Assembly (NCBI GenBank): GCA_965203805.1
Contig: OZ241917.1
Span: 2,656,001-2,720,000, forward strand
Direction: 5' to 3'
Length of the DNA stretch: 64,000 nt
Source: Candidatus Latescibacterota bacterium
Lineage (GTDB): Bacteria > Latescibacterota > UBA2968 > GCA-2709665
The notes under the pieces are model-generated. The model was not told the DNA's origin. It worked only from the letters and a program-made list of their open reading frames with translations, and ran no database searches. Position numbers and translations under genes: made by a program. The stretch's first letter is position 1. Each line of letters begins with the position of its first letter. This document shows positions 19,718-29,499 of this stretch, piece after piece.

Positions 19718-20917
19718 ATGATGGATACGAAAGCGATCATCGATCTGGAGCAAAACTACATTCTGCAGACGTACGGGCGGCCCGACTTCGTCCTGGAGCG
19801 GGGAGACGGGGTACACCTGTTCGACACCGACGGAAATCAGTATCTGGACTTTGTGAGCGGGTTGTCCGTGAATGCGCTGGGTTACAATAACCCGATCATA
19901 GGCGATGCGATGGCGGCGCAGGCGAAGAAGCTGATCCACGTTTCGAACCTGTACCATACGATCCCAGCGCCCCGGCTGGCGAAAATGCTGTGCGAGCGTT
20001 CATTCGCGGACCGTGTGTTCTTCTGCAACAGCGGCACCGAGTCCTGGGAAGCCGCGCTGAAGTTTGCGAGAAAGTGGGGGTACAGAAATTTCGAGGATCG
20101 CGCGAAGCACAAGTTCATCGCGATGAACAACTCGTTTCACGGACGCACGATGGGGTCGGTTTCCACGACCGGCCAGCCGAAGTACCACAAGGGCTTCGGA
20201 CCCCTGTTGCCCGGAATCTCGTTCGCGGAATTCAACGATCTCGAATCGGTGGAGCGCCTCGTGGACGCGGAGACGGTGGCGGTACTCCTGGAACCCCTGC
20301 AGGCGGAGGGCGGCATTCATACGGCAGAACCGGAATTCCTCGAAGGGCTTCGGCAGTTGTGCGACGAGATGAAGATGCTGCTGGTGTTCGACGAGATCCA
20401 GTCCGGGCTCTGCCGGACCGGCGCCCTGTTCTGCTATGAGCACCACGGCGTGTCGCCCGACATCATGACGCTGGCCAAGCCCCTGGCCGGGGGCCTGCCG
20501 ATTGGCGCGACCCTGATGAGCCAGGCCGTTGCCGATGCCGTGGAGGCCAGTGACCATGCGGCCACGTTCGGGGGGCATCCGGTCAGCTGCGCCGTGGGCA
20601 TCGAGGTCTTCAAGCAGCTCTCCGATCCGGGATTCATCGCCGCCGTAAGGGCGAAGGGCGACCATCTGAATAGCCGGCTGAACGCGCTTGAGAAAAGGTA
20701 CCCCGATAAAATCAACGAGGTCCGCGGCAGGGGGCTGATCGCGGGTGCGGTGCTGGCCGACACTCCGGCCGCGGACGTGATGGGCGCATTTCGGGAAAAG
20801 GGGATCCTGGTATGTGTCGCCGGACCCGACGTGGTACGTTTTCTGCCGCCCCTGGTGATCGAACAGGCGGATATAGATCGGGTCATGGACGCGTTCGACG
20901 AAATCCTGAAGGCATAG
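19718..20917 (+). CDS. argD: Acetylornithine aminotransferase
   Basis: FFCNSGTE; SFHGRTMG; DEIQSGLCRTG; PDIMTLAKPL; operon context. Confidence 0.92.
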   Translation: MMDTKAIIDLEQNYILQTYGRPDFVLERGDGVHLFDTDGNQYLDFVSGLSVNALGYNNPIIGDAMAAQAKKLIHVSNLYHTIPAPRLAKMLCERSFADRVFFCNSGTESWEAALKFARKWGYRNFEDRAKHKFIAMNNSFHGRTMGSVSTTGQPKYHKGFGPLLPGISFAEFNDLESVERLVDAETVAVLLEPLQAEGGIHTAEPEFLEGLRQLCDEMKMLLVFDEIQSGLCRTGALFCYEHHGVSPDIMTLAKPLAGGLPIGATLMSQAVADAVEASDHAATFGGHPVSCAVGIEVFKQLSDPGFIAAVRAKGDHLNSRLNALEKRYPDKINEVRGRGLIAGAVLADTPAADVMGAFREKGILVCVAGPDVVRFLPPLVIEQADIDRVMDAFDEILKA

Positions 20918-20955
20918 GATTCCAGCACACTGTCGAAGGGAAAGGAGTACGCGGG

Positions 20956-22209
20956 ATGAAAGTGGCGGATATTCGGGGAAAGCGGATTGCGCTGGCGGCC
21001 TCCGGCGGGCTGGACAGTTGTACGGTCACGCGCTGGCTGGCCGACCAGGGGGTGGAGGTGGTCGGCATCACCGCAGATATCGGGCAGCCGGACGAGGACG
21101 ATATTTCGGATATCGGACAGCGAATGCTGGCCTGCGGGGCCGTGGAATCGGTCATTCTGGATCTGAAGGCGGAACTGGCCCGGGAAGCGATCACCATGCT
21201 TCTTGCCAACGCCGTTTATGAAGGCGGATACTGGAACACCACGGGACTGGCCCGCCACGTGACCGCGCAGGGGATTCTCAGCGCGATGGAGCCGCGGGCC
21301 ATCGACGTGCTCGCGCACGGAGCCACCGGCCGCGGGAACGACCAGGTGCGTTTCCAACTCGTCGCCAATATGCTCTCGCCCGCAGTGAAAGTGTACGCGC
21401 CGTGGCGCGACGACGCTTTCCTGGAGCATTTCGGCGGGCGCAGGGAGATGATCGCCTTCTGCCAGGCCCGGAACCTGCCGATTACGGCCACGCAGGACAA
21501 GCCGTATTCAACGGATGCGAATCTGTTGGGGTTGACCCATGAGGCGGGCAGACTCGAATACCTGGACGTGGGCGCAGATTTCATCGAGCCGGGAATGGGC
21601 GTTTTCCCCGCGGACGCGCCAGACCGCCCGGAGACGTTCTCCGTGACGCTGGAAGCGGGGCGTCCGGCCCTCGTGAACGGGGAGCCCGTGGATGCCGTCT
21701 CCGCGATCGCCACGGCCAACGAGGTTGGCGGGCGTCACGGCGTGGGCATCGGCATCCACACGGTCGAGAACCGCTTTGTGGGCATAAAATCCAGAGGGGT
21801 GTATGAAAGTCCGGGGCTCGCACTGCTTGGCGCGTGCTACCAGTTCCTGCTGCAGCAAGTGCTGGACCGGAGGGCGCGGCGATTCTACGATTCGCTTTCC
21901 TCGGTGCTTGCCGAGCAGATCTATCAGGGATATTATTTCGACCTGTCGTCGCAGATGATTCGCGGCGCTCTGTCGCCTGTTCGGAAGCTGGCCGAGGGTT
22001 CGGTGACCGTTACGGTCTACAAGGGTACGGTAACGTACCAATCCTCGGAAGCCGTTGTCCATTCGCTGTATTCGTCCGAACTGTCCTCGATGGAAGCGAT
22101 CGGTGACTACGACCATCGGGATTCGGAGGGATTTCTGAACGTGCTGGGTGTGAGTGCGAAGGCATTGAATGCTTCGCGCCAGGTGCATGATGGAATGTCG
22201 GAAGACTGA
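20956..22209 (+). CDS. argG: Argininosuccinate synthase
   Basis: ASGGLDS; HGATGRGNDQVRF; YSTDANL; ENRFVGIKSRGVYE. Confidence 0.93.
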   Translation: MKVADIRGKRIALAASGGLDSCTVTRWLADQGVEVVGITADIGQPDEDDISDIGQRMLACGAVESVILDLKAELAREAITMLLANAVYEGGYWNTTGLARHVTAQGILSAMEPRAIDVLAHGATGRGNDQVRFQLVANMLSPAVKVYAPWRDDAFLEHFGGRREMIAFCQARNLPITATQDKPYSTDANLLGLTHEAGRLEYLDVGADFIEPGMGVFPADAPDRPETFSVTLEAGRPALVNGEPVDAVSAIATANEVGGRHGVGIGIHTVENRFVGIKSRGVYESPGLALLGACYQFLLQQVLDRRARRFYDSLSSVLAEQIYQGYYFDLSSQMIRGALSPVRKLAEGSVTVTVYKGTVTYQSSEAVVHSLYSSELSSMEAIGDYDHRDSEGFLNVLGVSAKALNASRQVHDGMSED

Positions 22210-22269
22210 GAAACCCACAGTCCGAGTCCTTGGTTCATTTTGGGACCATGGCTGTATTTGGAGAATTCG

Positions 22270-23676
22270 ATGGACGGATCCGCAGAAAAACCCTGGTCGG
22301 GGCGGTTTGACAGGCCCTCGGATAGCTGCATGGAGCAATTCAATGCGTCCATCGGGTTCGACCGGCGGCTATACAGGGCGGACATCGCCGGAAGCCGGGC
22401 ACAGGCGAAAGCGCTCGCGAAGATCGGCGTCCTGAAAGCGCAAGAATTGGACTGCATCCTGAAGGCATTGGAGCAGGTGGAAGCAGAGATTGCCGAAGGC
22501 CGCCTTGCACTGACGGCCCGCCTGGAAGACATACACATGGCGGTGGAAACGCGGCTGATCGAGATCGCGGGCGACGTGGGCGGCAAGATTCATACGGGGC
22601 GCAGCCGGAACGATCAGGTGGCGCTGGATGAGCGGTTGTATCTGCGGGAGGCGGCAGCGGATACCATTGCCGGTATCGACCGGTTACAGGCCGTTCTGGT
22701 GGAATTCGCCGCCCGGCACATCGACGTACTGATGCCGGGATATACCCATCTGCAGCAGGCGCAGCCCGTGCGTCTGTCGCACTATACCCTGGCGTTGTTC
22801 TGGATGCTGGAAAGGGACCGGGGACGATTCGCGGCCTGCACAGATCGGGCGGATGCCATGCCGCTCGGAGCGGGCGCTCTTGCTGGAAGCGCCTTTCCGA
22901 TCGACCGCGAATTTCTCGCATCGGAACTGGGATTCTCGCGGATAACCGAAAACAGTATCGACGTGGTGAGCGACCGCGATTATCTCCTGGAGTATATGTC
23001 CGCCGCCGCAATCCTCATGGGACACCTGAGCCGGTTCTGCGAGGACCTGATCGTGTGGTCATCGTCCGAGTTCGGGTTTGTCGAACTCGACGACGCGTAC
23101 AGCACCGGTTCGAGCATGATGCCGCAGAAGAAGAACCCGGATTCTCTGGAGCTGGTCCGCGGAAAGACCGGACGGGTGTACGGCAATCTGATGTCGTTAT
23201 TGACGGTGATGAAGGGACTGCCCCTGACCTATTCGAAAGATCTTCAGGAGGATAAGGAGGCCTTTTTCGATACGGTCGATACGATCAATCAGGCACTGGC
23301 GGTATTTGCAGGCGCGTGGGAGACGATGACCGTCATGTCCGGGCGAATGCGCGAAACGCTCGACGGCACCGTCGTGGCGACGGATCTGGCGGATTACCTG
23401 GTGCGGAAGGGGCTGCCCTTTCGCGAAACTCACCGGATCGTGGGCAGGCTGGTGCGGAAGGCACTGTCGCAGGGAAGCCGCCTGGACGAACTGGACATGC
23501 CGACGCTCCGATCGGCGTGCGATCTGTTCGAGCCGGATGTTAAGGAGTCCCTCCGTATCGAGGATGGAATCGACCGCCGGGACCTTGCAGGTGGAACCGG
23601 TTACCGGGCCGTTCTCGCGCAGATCCGAGAGGGAAGGCGGATACTTGACCTCAGACGCCGGGGAGCGGACGGGTGA
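22270..23676 (+). CDS. argH: Argininosuccinate lyase
   Basis: WSGRF; HTGRSRNDQ; PGYTHLQQAQP; GSSMMPQKKNPD. Confidence 0.96.
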   Translation: MDGSAEKPWSGRFDRPSDSCMEQFNASIGFDRRLYRADIAGSRAQAKALAKIGVLKAQELDCILKALEQVEAEIAEGRLALTARLEDIHMAVETRLIEIAGDVGGKIHTGRSRNDQVALDERLYLREAAADTIAGIDRLQAVLVEFAARHIDVLMPGYTHLQQAQPVRLSHYTLALFWMLERDRGRFAACTDRADAMPLGAGALAGSAFPIDREFLASELGFSRITENSIDVVSDRDYLLEYMSAAAILMGHLSRFCEDLIVWSSSEFGFVELDDAYSTGSSMMPQKKNPDSLELVRGKTGRVYGNLMSLLTVMKGLPLTYSKDLQEDKEAFFDTVDTINQALAVFAGAWETMTVMSGRMRETLDGTVVATDLADYLVRKGLPFRETHRIVGRLVRKALSQGSRLDELDMPTLRSACDLFEPDVKESLRIEDGIDRRDLAGGTGYRAVLAQIREGRRILDLRRRGADG

Positions 23677-24308
23677 AGTTCTTCAGCGAACGCGACGTAC
23701 GGCGGCACTACGACCTCCTGCAGCACCGTCCGGAACTTGGCCTCACGCAGCTGAAAGCCATGGACGGATCGCACGTCATCGGCATCGGGTTGTTCGATAA
23801 CGAGGCCGATTTCGTTTCAGAGTGCCGGCGCTACAATGGGTTGGGCACGCTGTCCGTGGGTGTGAACCCGAGGTCGAATCGCCTGCTGCACGACTACGGC
23901 GGATTGAAGAACCGCATGCGTACCCTGTTCAGGGACGTCGTTGCGGAAGGCGATATCGACTACGTAACCGGCATGGCCGTTCGCGATCCGGAACGTCTCG
24001 GCCGACCTCCCCGGAAGTTCCTTCGCGACGCTTCGGTGTTCGCGGACGGGAAGGTGTTCTTTCCGCTCGACAAGTCGATACCGGTATCCTCCGATTCCCT
24101 CCAGAACGTCCGGCGGCAGCTGGACTTCTGGCTCTACGGCGCAACCGAATCCGGCGGGATCAATCTGATGCAATTCGTACGGGTTGCGGGAACGGCGGCG
24201 GCCGATGGGGGTTGGTTCAAGCGCCGAACGGCGTTCAAGAGATTTCGCCCCTACATCATGGATGGCATCACGGCTGAGATCGAGGATGTGAAGGACGAAT
24301 CGGTTTAG
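23673..24308 (+). CDS. Hypothetical protein resembling a degenerate primase-polymerase (AEP/RepB-like) domain
   Basis: GTGA overlap with argH. Motif order GLFDN...VGVNPR...NR...GDI...FVRVAGT recalls prim-pol N-terminal domains (recognition by eye). Confidence 0.55.
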   Translation: MKFFSERDVRRHYDLLQHRPELGLTQLKAMDGSHVIGIGLFDNEADFVSECRRYNGLGTLSVGVNPRSNRLLHDYGGLKNRMRTLFRDVVAEGDIDYVTGMAVRDPERLGRPPRKFLRDASVFADGKVFFPLDKSIPVSSDSLQNVRRQLDFWLYGATESGGINLMQFVRVAGTAAADGGWFKRRTAFKRFRPYIMDGITAEIEDVKDESV

Positions 24309-24384
24309 CCGGCACGGAAGCGGAACTTTGTATCGGTTGGGGCGTCTGCGGGGAAGCGTGTTGTGCAGGACCGGCATCTGGCGT

Positions 24385-24409
24385 ACGGGTCGACGACCCG
24401 TTTTTTTTT
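24385..24409 (+). terminator. Intrinsic terminator closing the arg operon
   Basis: ACGGGTC-gac-GACCCGT hairpin followed by a T run. Confidence 0.75.
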
Positions 24410-24503
24410 CGCGGTATCGGCTCGCGCGCTTGACCTTCCGGAGTACCCGCCGTAGCGGTCCGTTGATAACGTCGAAAGTGGAAGTCACCTCACATCCAGG
24501 GAG

Positions 24504-25532
24504 ATGGGTATGTATCAAAAAGCAATCGCATTGCTTTGCGCGTGCAGTCTGCTATGGACCAGCCTCATTGGCGCGGGCCATACCTGGGCGGCGGAGTCCA
24601 CCGGTGGCAAGGCGGAGAAGAAGGACGATGAAGAACGCCCCGAAACCATGCGCACGATCGAAGCCCTGGACGACGCGGGCTGGTCGATCGTGGACGTGAG
24701 ACAGATTACGGGAAAGCTGGTCATTCTGAGCCCACTGGTGGGACCGGAGATCGACCTGGAAGAGAGTAACCGGTACTCCCTTTTTCAAGGGAGAAGCGTC
24801 TACAACGAGAGGGTCCCCCTGCGGTTTTTCGACATGGCGATTCCCGGACTTCAGACAGCATCGTTCCTGAAACTCGGGGAACGCTTGATGGTGAGGATCC
24901 GGTATCGGTCGGGTTCGGAGATCGCGGACAGGACGATGCCGGTAGGCGATGAGGATGCGCTTCGACGGCTGCGCGAGTACGTCGAACACTTCGACGAGGT
25001 GAGGAAGGGCGAATACAAGATTGGCTTCGAATCCGGATTGCCCGAAGATGCGGAATATCCGATGTATACCGATCGGGAGGTTTCGTTCACAGAGCGGCGC
25101 ACCCGCGCGGGGATCACGCGCCGTCTTCGGGGCGGGGTGGTACTCAAGGACGGCGAACGGATACAGGGGCAATTGCTGCCGGAGTATGACGACGGGACCA
25201 TACTGGTCCAATCCGGGCTCGACGCCCGGCGGGTTCCGGTTGAAGATATCGATCGGGTGCTGTTTCTCCGGGGGCGGCGATCCAGAAAGCTCGGCGCCGC
25301 CGTCCGAATGGGGGTCGGGGGCGCCGTGTCCGGCGCTCTTCTGGGAACGTTGGCCGCCTGGCAGTCCAACTCTCCCGTTAAGGAAACAGCCATTCTCTTT
25401 GCCGCGATATCGGGCGGGATCGGGTTTCTCACCGGTCTGTTCCGCTCGCGAGGCGGTCCTGGCCAGCGAGAGTTTGTGCTCGGACCCGTAAGCGACGAAC
25501 GGGGCCGCGGTAAGGACGGAAAAGACAATTAG
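24504..25532 (+). CDS. Hypothetical exported protein with C-terminal glycine-rich TM hairpin
   Basis: Signal peptide (...GHTWA); GVGGAVSGALLGTLA and GGIGFLTG helices. Confidence 0.65.
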   Translation: MGMYQKAIALLCACSLLWTSLIGAGHTWAAESTGGKAEKKDDEERPETMRTIEALDDAGWSIVDVRQITGKLVILSPLVGPEIDLEESNRYSLFQGRSVYNERVPLRFFDMAIPGLQTASFLKLGERLMVRIRYRSGSEIADRTMPVGDEDALRRLREYVEHFDEVRKGEYKIGFESGLPEDAEYPMYTDREVSFTERRTRAGITRRLRGGVVLKDGERIQGQLLPEYDDGTILVQSGLDARRVPVEDIDRVLFLRGRRSRKLGAAVRMGVGGAVSGALLGTLAAWQSNSPVKETAILFAAISGGIGFLTGLFRSRGGPGQREFVLGPVSDERGRGKDGKDN

Positions 25533-25666
25533 AAAAAGCGTGAGCCCGGCGGAAAGTAGGTTGCAAGTGCGGTCCGGTCGGGCATCTTCCAGAGACGATC
25601 CTCAGCGAAACCGGTCGTTCGCGTCCGGGATCCGCTAGACATTGGCCTCGATGCGGGGAGGATGAA

Positions 25667-26182
25667 TTGGGAATCCTGCAATTTCAGGGCATTTCACCGG
25701 CAATCGACGATTCCGCGTTTCTCGCTGAAGGAGCGATACTTGTCGGAGAGGTGAGTGTCTCGGCGGAGGCGAGCATCTGGTTCAACGCCGTGTTGCGCGG
25801 CGACGAGGAGCCGATCAGGATCGGCAAAGGGTCCAATATCCAGGACGGAGCTGTCCTGCATACCGATCCCGGATGCCCCTGTACCGTGGGCGAGTACGTT
25901 ACGGTCGGGCACAATGCGATTCTACACGGTTGTACCGTGTACCGCGGGGCGACCATCGGGATGGGCGCGACGGTGTTGAATCATGCCCGGGTCGGCGAGG
26001 AATCGCTGGTGGCGGCAAATGCGCTCGTGCTCGAAGGCATGGAAATCCCGCCCCGGACGCTGGCCGCGGGCGTGCCGGCCAGAGTAAGGCGTGACCTGAC
26101 GGAAGAAGAGATCGCAAATTTCAGGAAGAATACGGACGGGTACGTCAGGAGGGGGAGAGTCTACAAGGGACAAGGCCGGTAA
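25667..26182 (+). CDS. Gamma-carbonic anhydrase family protein
   Basis: IWFNAVLRGD; SNIQDG.VLH; TVGHNAILHGC hexapeptide repeats. Confidence 0.92.
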   Translation: MGILQFQGISPAIDDSAFLAEGAILVGEVSVSAEASIWFNAVLRGDEEPIRIGKGSNIQDGAVLHTDPGCPCTVGEYVTVGHNAILHGCTVYRGATIGMGATVLNHARVGEESLVAANALVLEGMEIPPRTLAAGVPARVRRDLTEEEIANFRKNTDGYVRRGRVYKGQGR

Positions 26183-26359
26183 GATGGGCGTTGAGATTCG
26201 TCGAAGGCGGGCTCCTGTGGATTGGCGCCCGCCGTTATTGTTGCTTCACCGTACCGTTGGTTCCGCTGAGGTCGTGAGTGTGGTGGTGCTTGATCCGGTA
26301 CCGCAAAATGGCAGTTAGCGGTACGGTCGCCGAAAATATGCGAAATCTGGTTAGATACG

Positions 26360-26737
26360 GTGGATCCCAAGCACGATATTTCCCAGAGGTTCGAAAAGGG
26401 CGTCCGTGAGTTCAATGCCGCCGACTTCTATGCGTCTCACGACACGTGGGAGGACGTCTGGATGGATGTGCGGGGCGCTGAAAGGCCCTTCTTCCAGGGC
26501 ATGATTCAGTTGGCCGTCGGCTATTACCATCTGACGTGCGAGAATTACGCGGGCGCCGAACACCTGTTCACCCGGGGGATTCGCAAGCTGACGGCGTTCA
26601 CCCCGGCACACAGGGGACTCGATACCGCGGATCTGGTTCGAGCGGCCGAGGCGGCGCTGGCCGAGGTCCTCGAGGTTCGCGCGGGGAGACGAAAGACGAC
26701 CAATTCGGATATCGCGCCCAGGATTCGACGCGCATAA
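26360..26737 (+). CDS. DUF309 domain-containing protein
   Basis: FN...FY.SHDTWEDVW; FFQGMIQLAVG.YH. Confidence 0.85.
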   Translation: MDPKHDISQRFEKGVREFNAADFYASHDTWEDVWMDVRGAERPFFQGMIQLAVGYYHLTCENYAGAEHLFTRGIRKLTAFTPAHRGLDTADLVRAAEAALAEVLEVRAGRRKTTNSDIAPRIRRA

Positions 26738-26779
26738 TCCGGCGCTCTGTCGCCGAAGTCCGAAATCGAGCGACGTTCG

Positions 26780-26808
26780 TTGACATGAACCGGTGACTGA
26801 CATATATT
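26780..26808 (+). promoter_or_regulatory. Sigma70-type promoter for the SDR-GNAT genes
   Basis: TTGACA-17bp-TATATT. Confidence 0.65.
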
Positions 26809-26895
26809 GTATCAAGTTCGTAAGCTATTATTATTTGGCAACGTAGACGCTGACTCTATTGTAATTGCGATCGGACGACATTAGAGAGGTTTTCG

Positions 26896-27684
26896 ATGCG
26901 GTTAGAGGGAAAGGTCGCGTGGATTACGGGCGGTGGCGCCGGTATCGGCGAGGCGGTGTCCATCCGGTTCGCGAAGGAAGGCGCGAAGGTGGTTGTGTTG
27001 GAACTCGACCAGTTGCGCGGTGAGGCCGTGGTCGAGTCGATCCGCGGGGCCGGCGGCGCGGCGGCGCTGGTGGTTGGCAGCGCTACGGACGAAGCGGATG
27101 TCAATCGGGCGCTGCATGTGGCCCAGGAAGCCTTTGGCGGCCTCGATATTCTGGTGAACAATGCCTATTATTGCCATGGCACCCATGTCCCGGACATCGA
27201 TCCGGAACTGTGGGACCGGAATATCGAGGGATGCCTGAAGAGTGCCTACCTGTGCAGCCGTGCGGCGCTTCCGCAGATGATCCGTCGCGGAGGCGGGTCG
27301 ATCGTGAATATTTCGTCCGTCAACGCACTGATGTCGTTTGGCGAGGCCGCGTATAGCGCGGCAAAGGCGGGCGTCATCTCGCTCACCAAGACAACCGCTG
27401 TAGATTACGGCCCCGATGGCGTGCGGGTAAATGCAATCTGCCCCGGTACCGTCATCACGGAAGGGTGGCAGCACGTACTCGAAAAAGACCCTCGGATTTT
27501 CGAACGTATCGCAGAGGTTTATCCCCTCAAACGCGTGGGCAGACCTGAGGAAATCGCGAATGTTGCGCTCTTTCTCGCCTCGGAGGAGGCATCGTTCGTT
27601 ACCGGCTCGGTTGTCGTGGCCGACGGAGGCGTGACGTCTGGCAATCCCGCGTTTCTGGACCACGTGGAAGGCAAACTCTCGTGA
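26896..27684 (+). CDS. Short-chain dehydrogenase/reductase
   Basis: TGGGAGIG; LVNNA; YSAAK; VNAICPG. Confidence 0.93.
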   Translation: MRLEGKVAWITGGGAGIGEAVSIRFAKEGAKVVVLELDQLRGEAVVESIRGAGGAAALVVGSATDEADVNRALHVAQEAFGGLDILVNNAYYCHGTHVPDIDPELWDRNIEGCLKSAYLCSRAALPQMIRRGGGSIVNISSVNALMSFGEAAYSAAKAGVISLTKTTAVDYGPDGVRVNAICPGTVITEGWQHVLEKDPRIFERIAEVYPLKRVGRPEEIANVALFLASEEASFVTGSVVVADGGVTSGNPAFLDHVEGKLS

Positions 27685-28604
27685 ACCCCACGCTCCGTTT
27701 GCGCGACGGGTCTGTCTCGAATCAGGATCTCGCGAACCTGATGGCGCGATGTGCCGAGGGTGGAGGCGAACTAACGCCGCCGGCCACGGAGACGCTTGAA
27801 AACCTGCGGACCGAAGAGATTGTGCTGGCGTTCGACGGTCCGGCGCCCGCAGGTGTCTGCGTGACGGCGTTCAAACCGGGAGAACGGGAAGCGGCGCTGA
27901 GATTCCTGGGGGTGCTTCCGGAACACCGCCGCGCCGGCGTGGCCGGACGGCTATTGGCACAAGCGGAGAAAGTCGCGTTCAGGAACGGGTATGGATCTTT
28001 GCGGACCGCCGCAAGCATCGCCAGCGATAACAAGGCTCCGGTGAGATTGCTCGAACGGTCAGGCTGGAAACCCGAGTTCGGCGCCAGCCTGAGAATGTGG
28101 CGGGAGCTCAAGCACCTGCCTGAGGCGAAACCGCCGGCGGGGTACGGGATCAGGACCTACGAGACCGGAGACGATGCGGCATTCGTACGGATCAAGAATG
28201 CCGCCTTTCTGAGTGAGAATGTCGGCGGCCGGGCGTGGACGGTTGCGGACTTTGAAAAGGAATACCTGGACTCGCCGTATTTCAGTCCGGAGAGAGTCCT
28301 GTTCGCAGTTTGTAACGGAGAACCTGTAGGAACGACCACGGCCTGGTCCGCGACGTATCGAGGCAGGGAAGTCGGACTGATTCACTGGGTGGCGGTAGTA
28401 CCGGAACACCGGAAGAAGGGGCTGGGCCTGGTGTTGAACGTACGGGCGTTGCACAGGTTGAAAGCGCTCGGGTACGGGGAAGCCACTCTGAATACCAGCG
28501 AAACGCTGGAATCGGCCGTTCGCCTGTATCACCGGTTGGGTTTTGAAGTCGTTGTCCGGCGCGCCCACTATCGCAAGACGTTGAGCAGCGCTGCCAACCA
28601 TTAG
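27681..28604 (+). CDS. Tandem GNAT acetyltransferase (MshD-like architecture)
   Basis: Two acetyl-CoA motifs (GVLPEHRRAGVA, VVPEHRKKGLG); AVRLYHRLGF. Confidence 0.85.
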   Translation: MNPTLRLRDGSVSNQDLANLMARCAEGGGELTPPATETLENLRTEEIVLAFDGPAPAGVCVTAFKPGEREAALRFLGVLPEHRRAGVAGRLLAQAEKVAFRNGYGSLRTAASIASDNKAPVRLLERSGWKPEFGASLRMWRELKHLPEAKPPAGYGIRTYETGDDAAFVRIKNAAFLSENVGGRAWTVADFEKEYLDSPYFSPERVLFAVCNGEPVGTTTAWSATYRGREVGLIHWVAVVPEHRKKGLGLVLNVRALHRLKALGYGEATLNTSETLESAVRLYHRLGFEVVVRRAHYRKTLSSAANH

Positions 28605-28664
28605 GGTACTCCGTTCCATTTGCACCGGATGCGCGGCGGCCGACCGGGTCTGGGGACAGCGACA

Positions 28665-29183
28665 ATGAGACGATGCCTGGGAATACTGCTGATTGTTTGC
28701 GCAGGCTGCGGATCATCGGATCCCGTCGGTGTGGTCGAACCGACACCATATCCTTCGGGTGCGATGGTATCGGTTGCCGCCACGGACTTCAATGAGTACC
28801 TCGTAAACGTCGCGCGAACCTATGAAACCGTGAATGTGATGAACGCCGAATTCGGCTCCATCACCCAGGGGTGGTCGGGCGGCGTGGTTTCGAAGTACTG
28901 GACACGGCAGTTCATGTCCAACTTGATTGCCCGCCTGGAAACGCTTCAGATAAAGGTACGCGACATCCGGCCGGACGATAGCGAATTGCGGAGGATTCAC
29001 GGTAGTTACGAGCAGGGGCTGACCACGTTCCACGAGGCGTTCGTCGCCTTTCTCAACCTGATCGACTTCCCAACGACAGCGGGGATTGAAGGCGTGAATC
29101 TGCTGATTTTCAGAGGCAACAGACGAATGGATGAGTTTCGGCTGATGCTGAGCAATCTTGCAGGGCGGCAAATTCAGTTCTAG
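28665..29183 (+). CDS. Hypothetical lipoprotein
   Basis: MRRCLGILLIVCAGC lipobox-like signal; helical body. Confidence 0.65.
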   Translation: MRRCLGILLIVCAGCGSSDPVGVVEPTPYPSGAMVSVAATDFNEYLVNVARTYETVNVMNAEFGSITQGWSGGVVSKYWTRQFMSNLIARLETLQIKVRDIRPDDSELRRIHGSYEQGLTTFHEAFVAFLNLIDFPTTAGIEGVNLLIFRGNRRMDEFRLMLSNLAGRQIQF

Positions 29184-29271
29184 TTTCCTCTCCCTCTTAA
29201 ACTCTCACCGCCTGTCATCAAACGAAAAAAGGATATAAAATATTAATAAATAGTAGTTTATGTATATTCTT

Positions 29272-29306
29272 CAAAGAAGGGTCCGTTCAGGACCCTTCTT
29301 TGTTTT
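29272..29306. terminator. Intrinsic terminator
   Basis: CAAAGAAGGGTCC-gttca-GGACCCTTCTTTG 13-bp stem plus T run. Confidence 0.8.
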
Positions 29307-29499
29307 GGCCGTTGACGTCATGCCTCAAGGCGCCCCATTCCTTTGAGAGAGTACCTGATTGCGATTGGATTTTTTGAACCGGATCACTCTGGAATGTGTC
29401 TTCCAAGAGTGAAGGGAGGTATTGCGGGCATTGGGACCTGCAACGCCGTCCTGTTGTCCGTCCGGACATCTGGCTTGCGGGGAGCAAGGAGATCCTTGT

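Noticed and set aside
26183-26359. Possible ncRNA in the intergenic region with two short hairpins
   Set aside because: 7-bp GC stems are expected by chance at this GC content; no recognisable RNA family.
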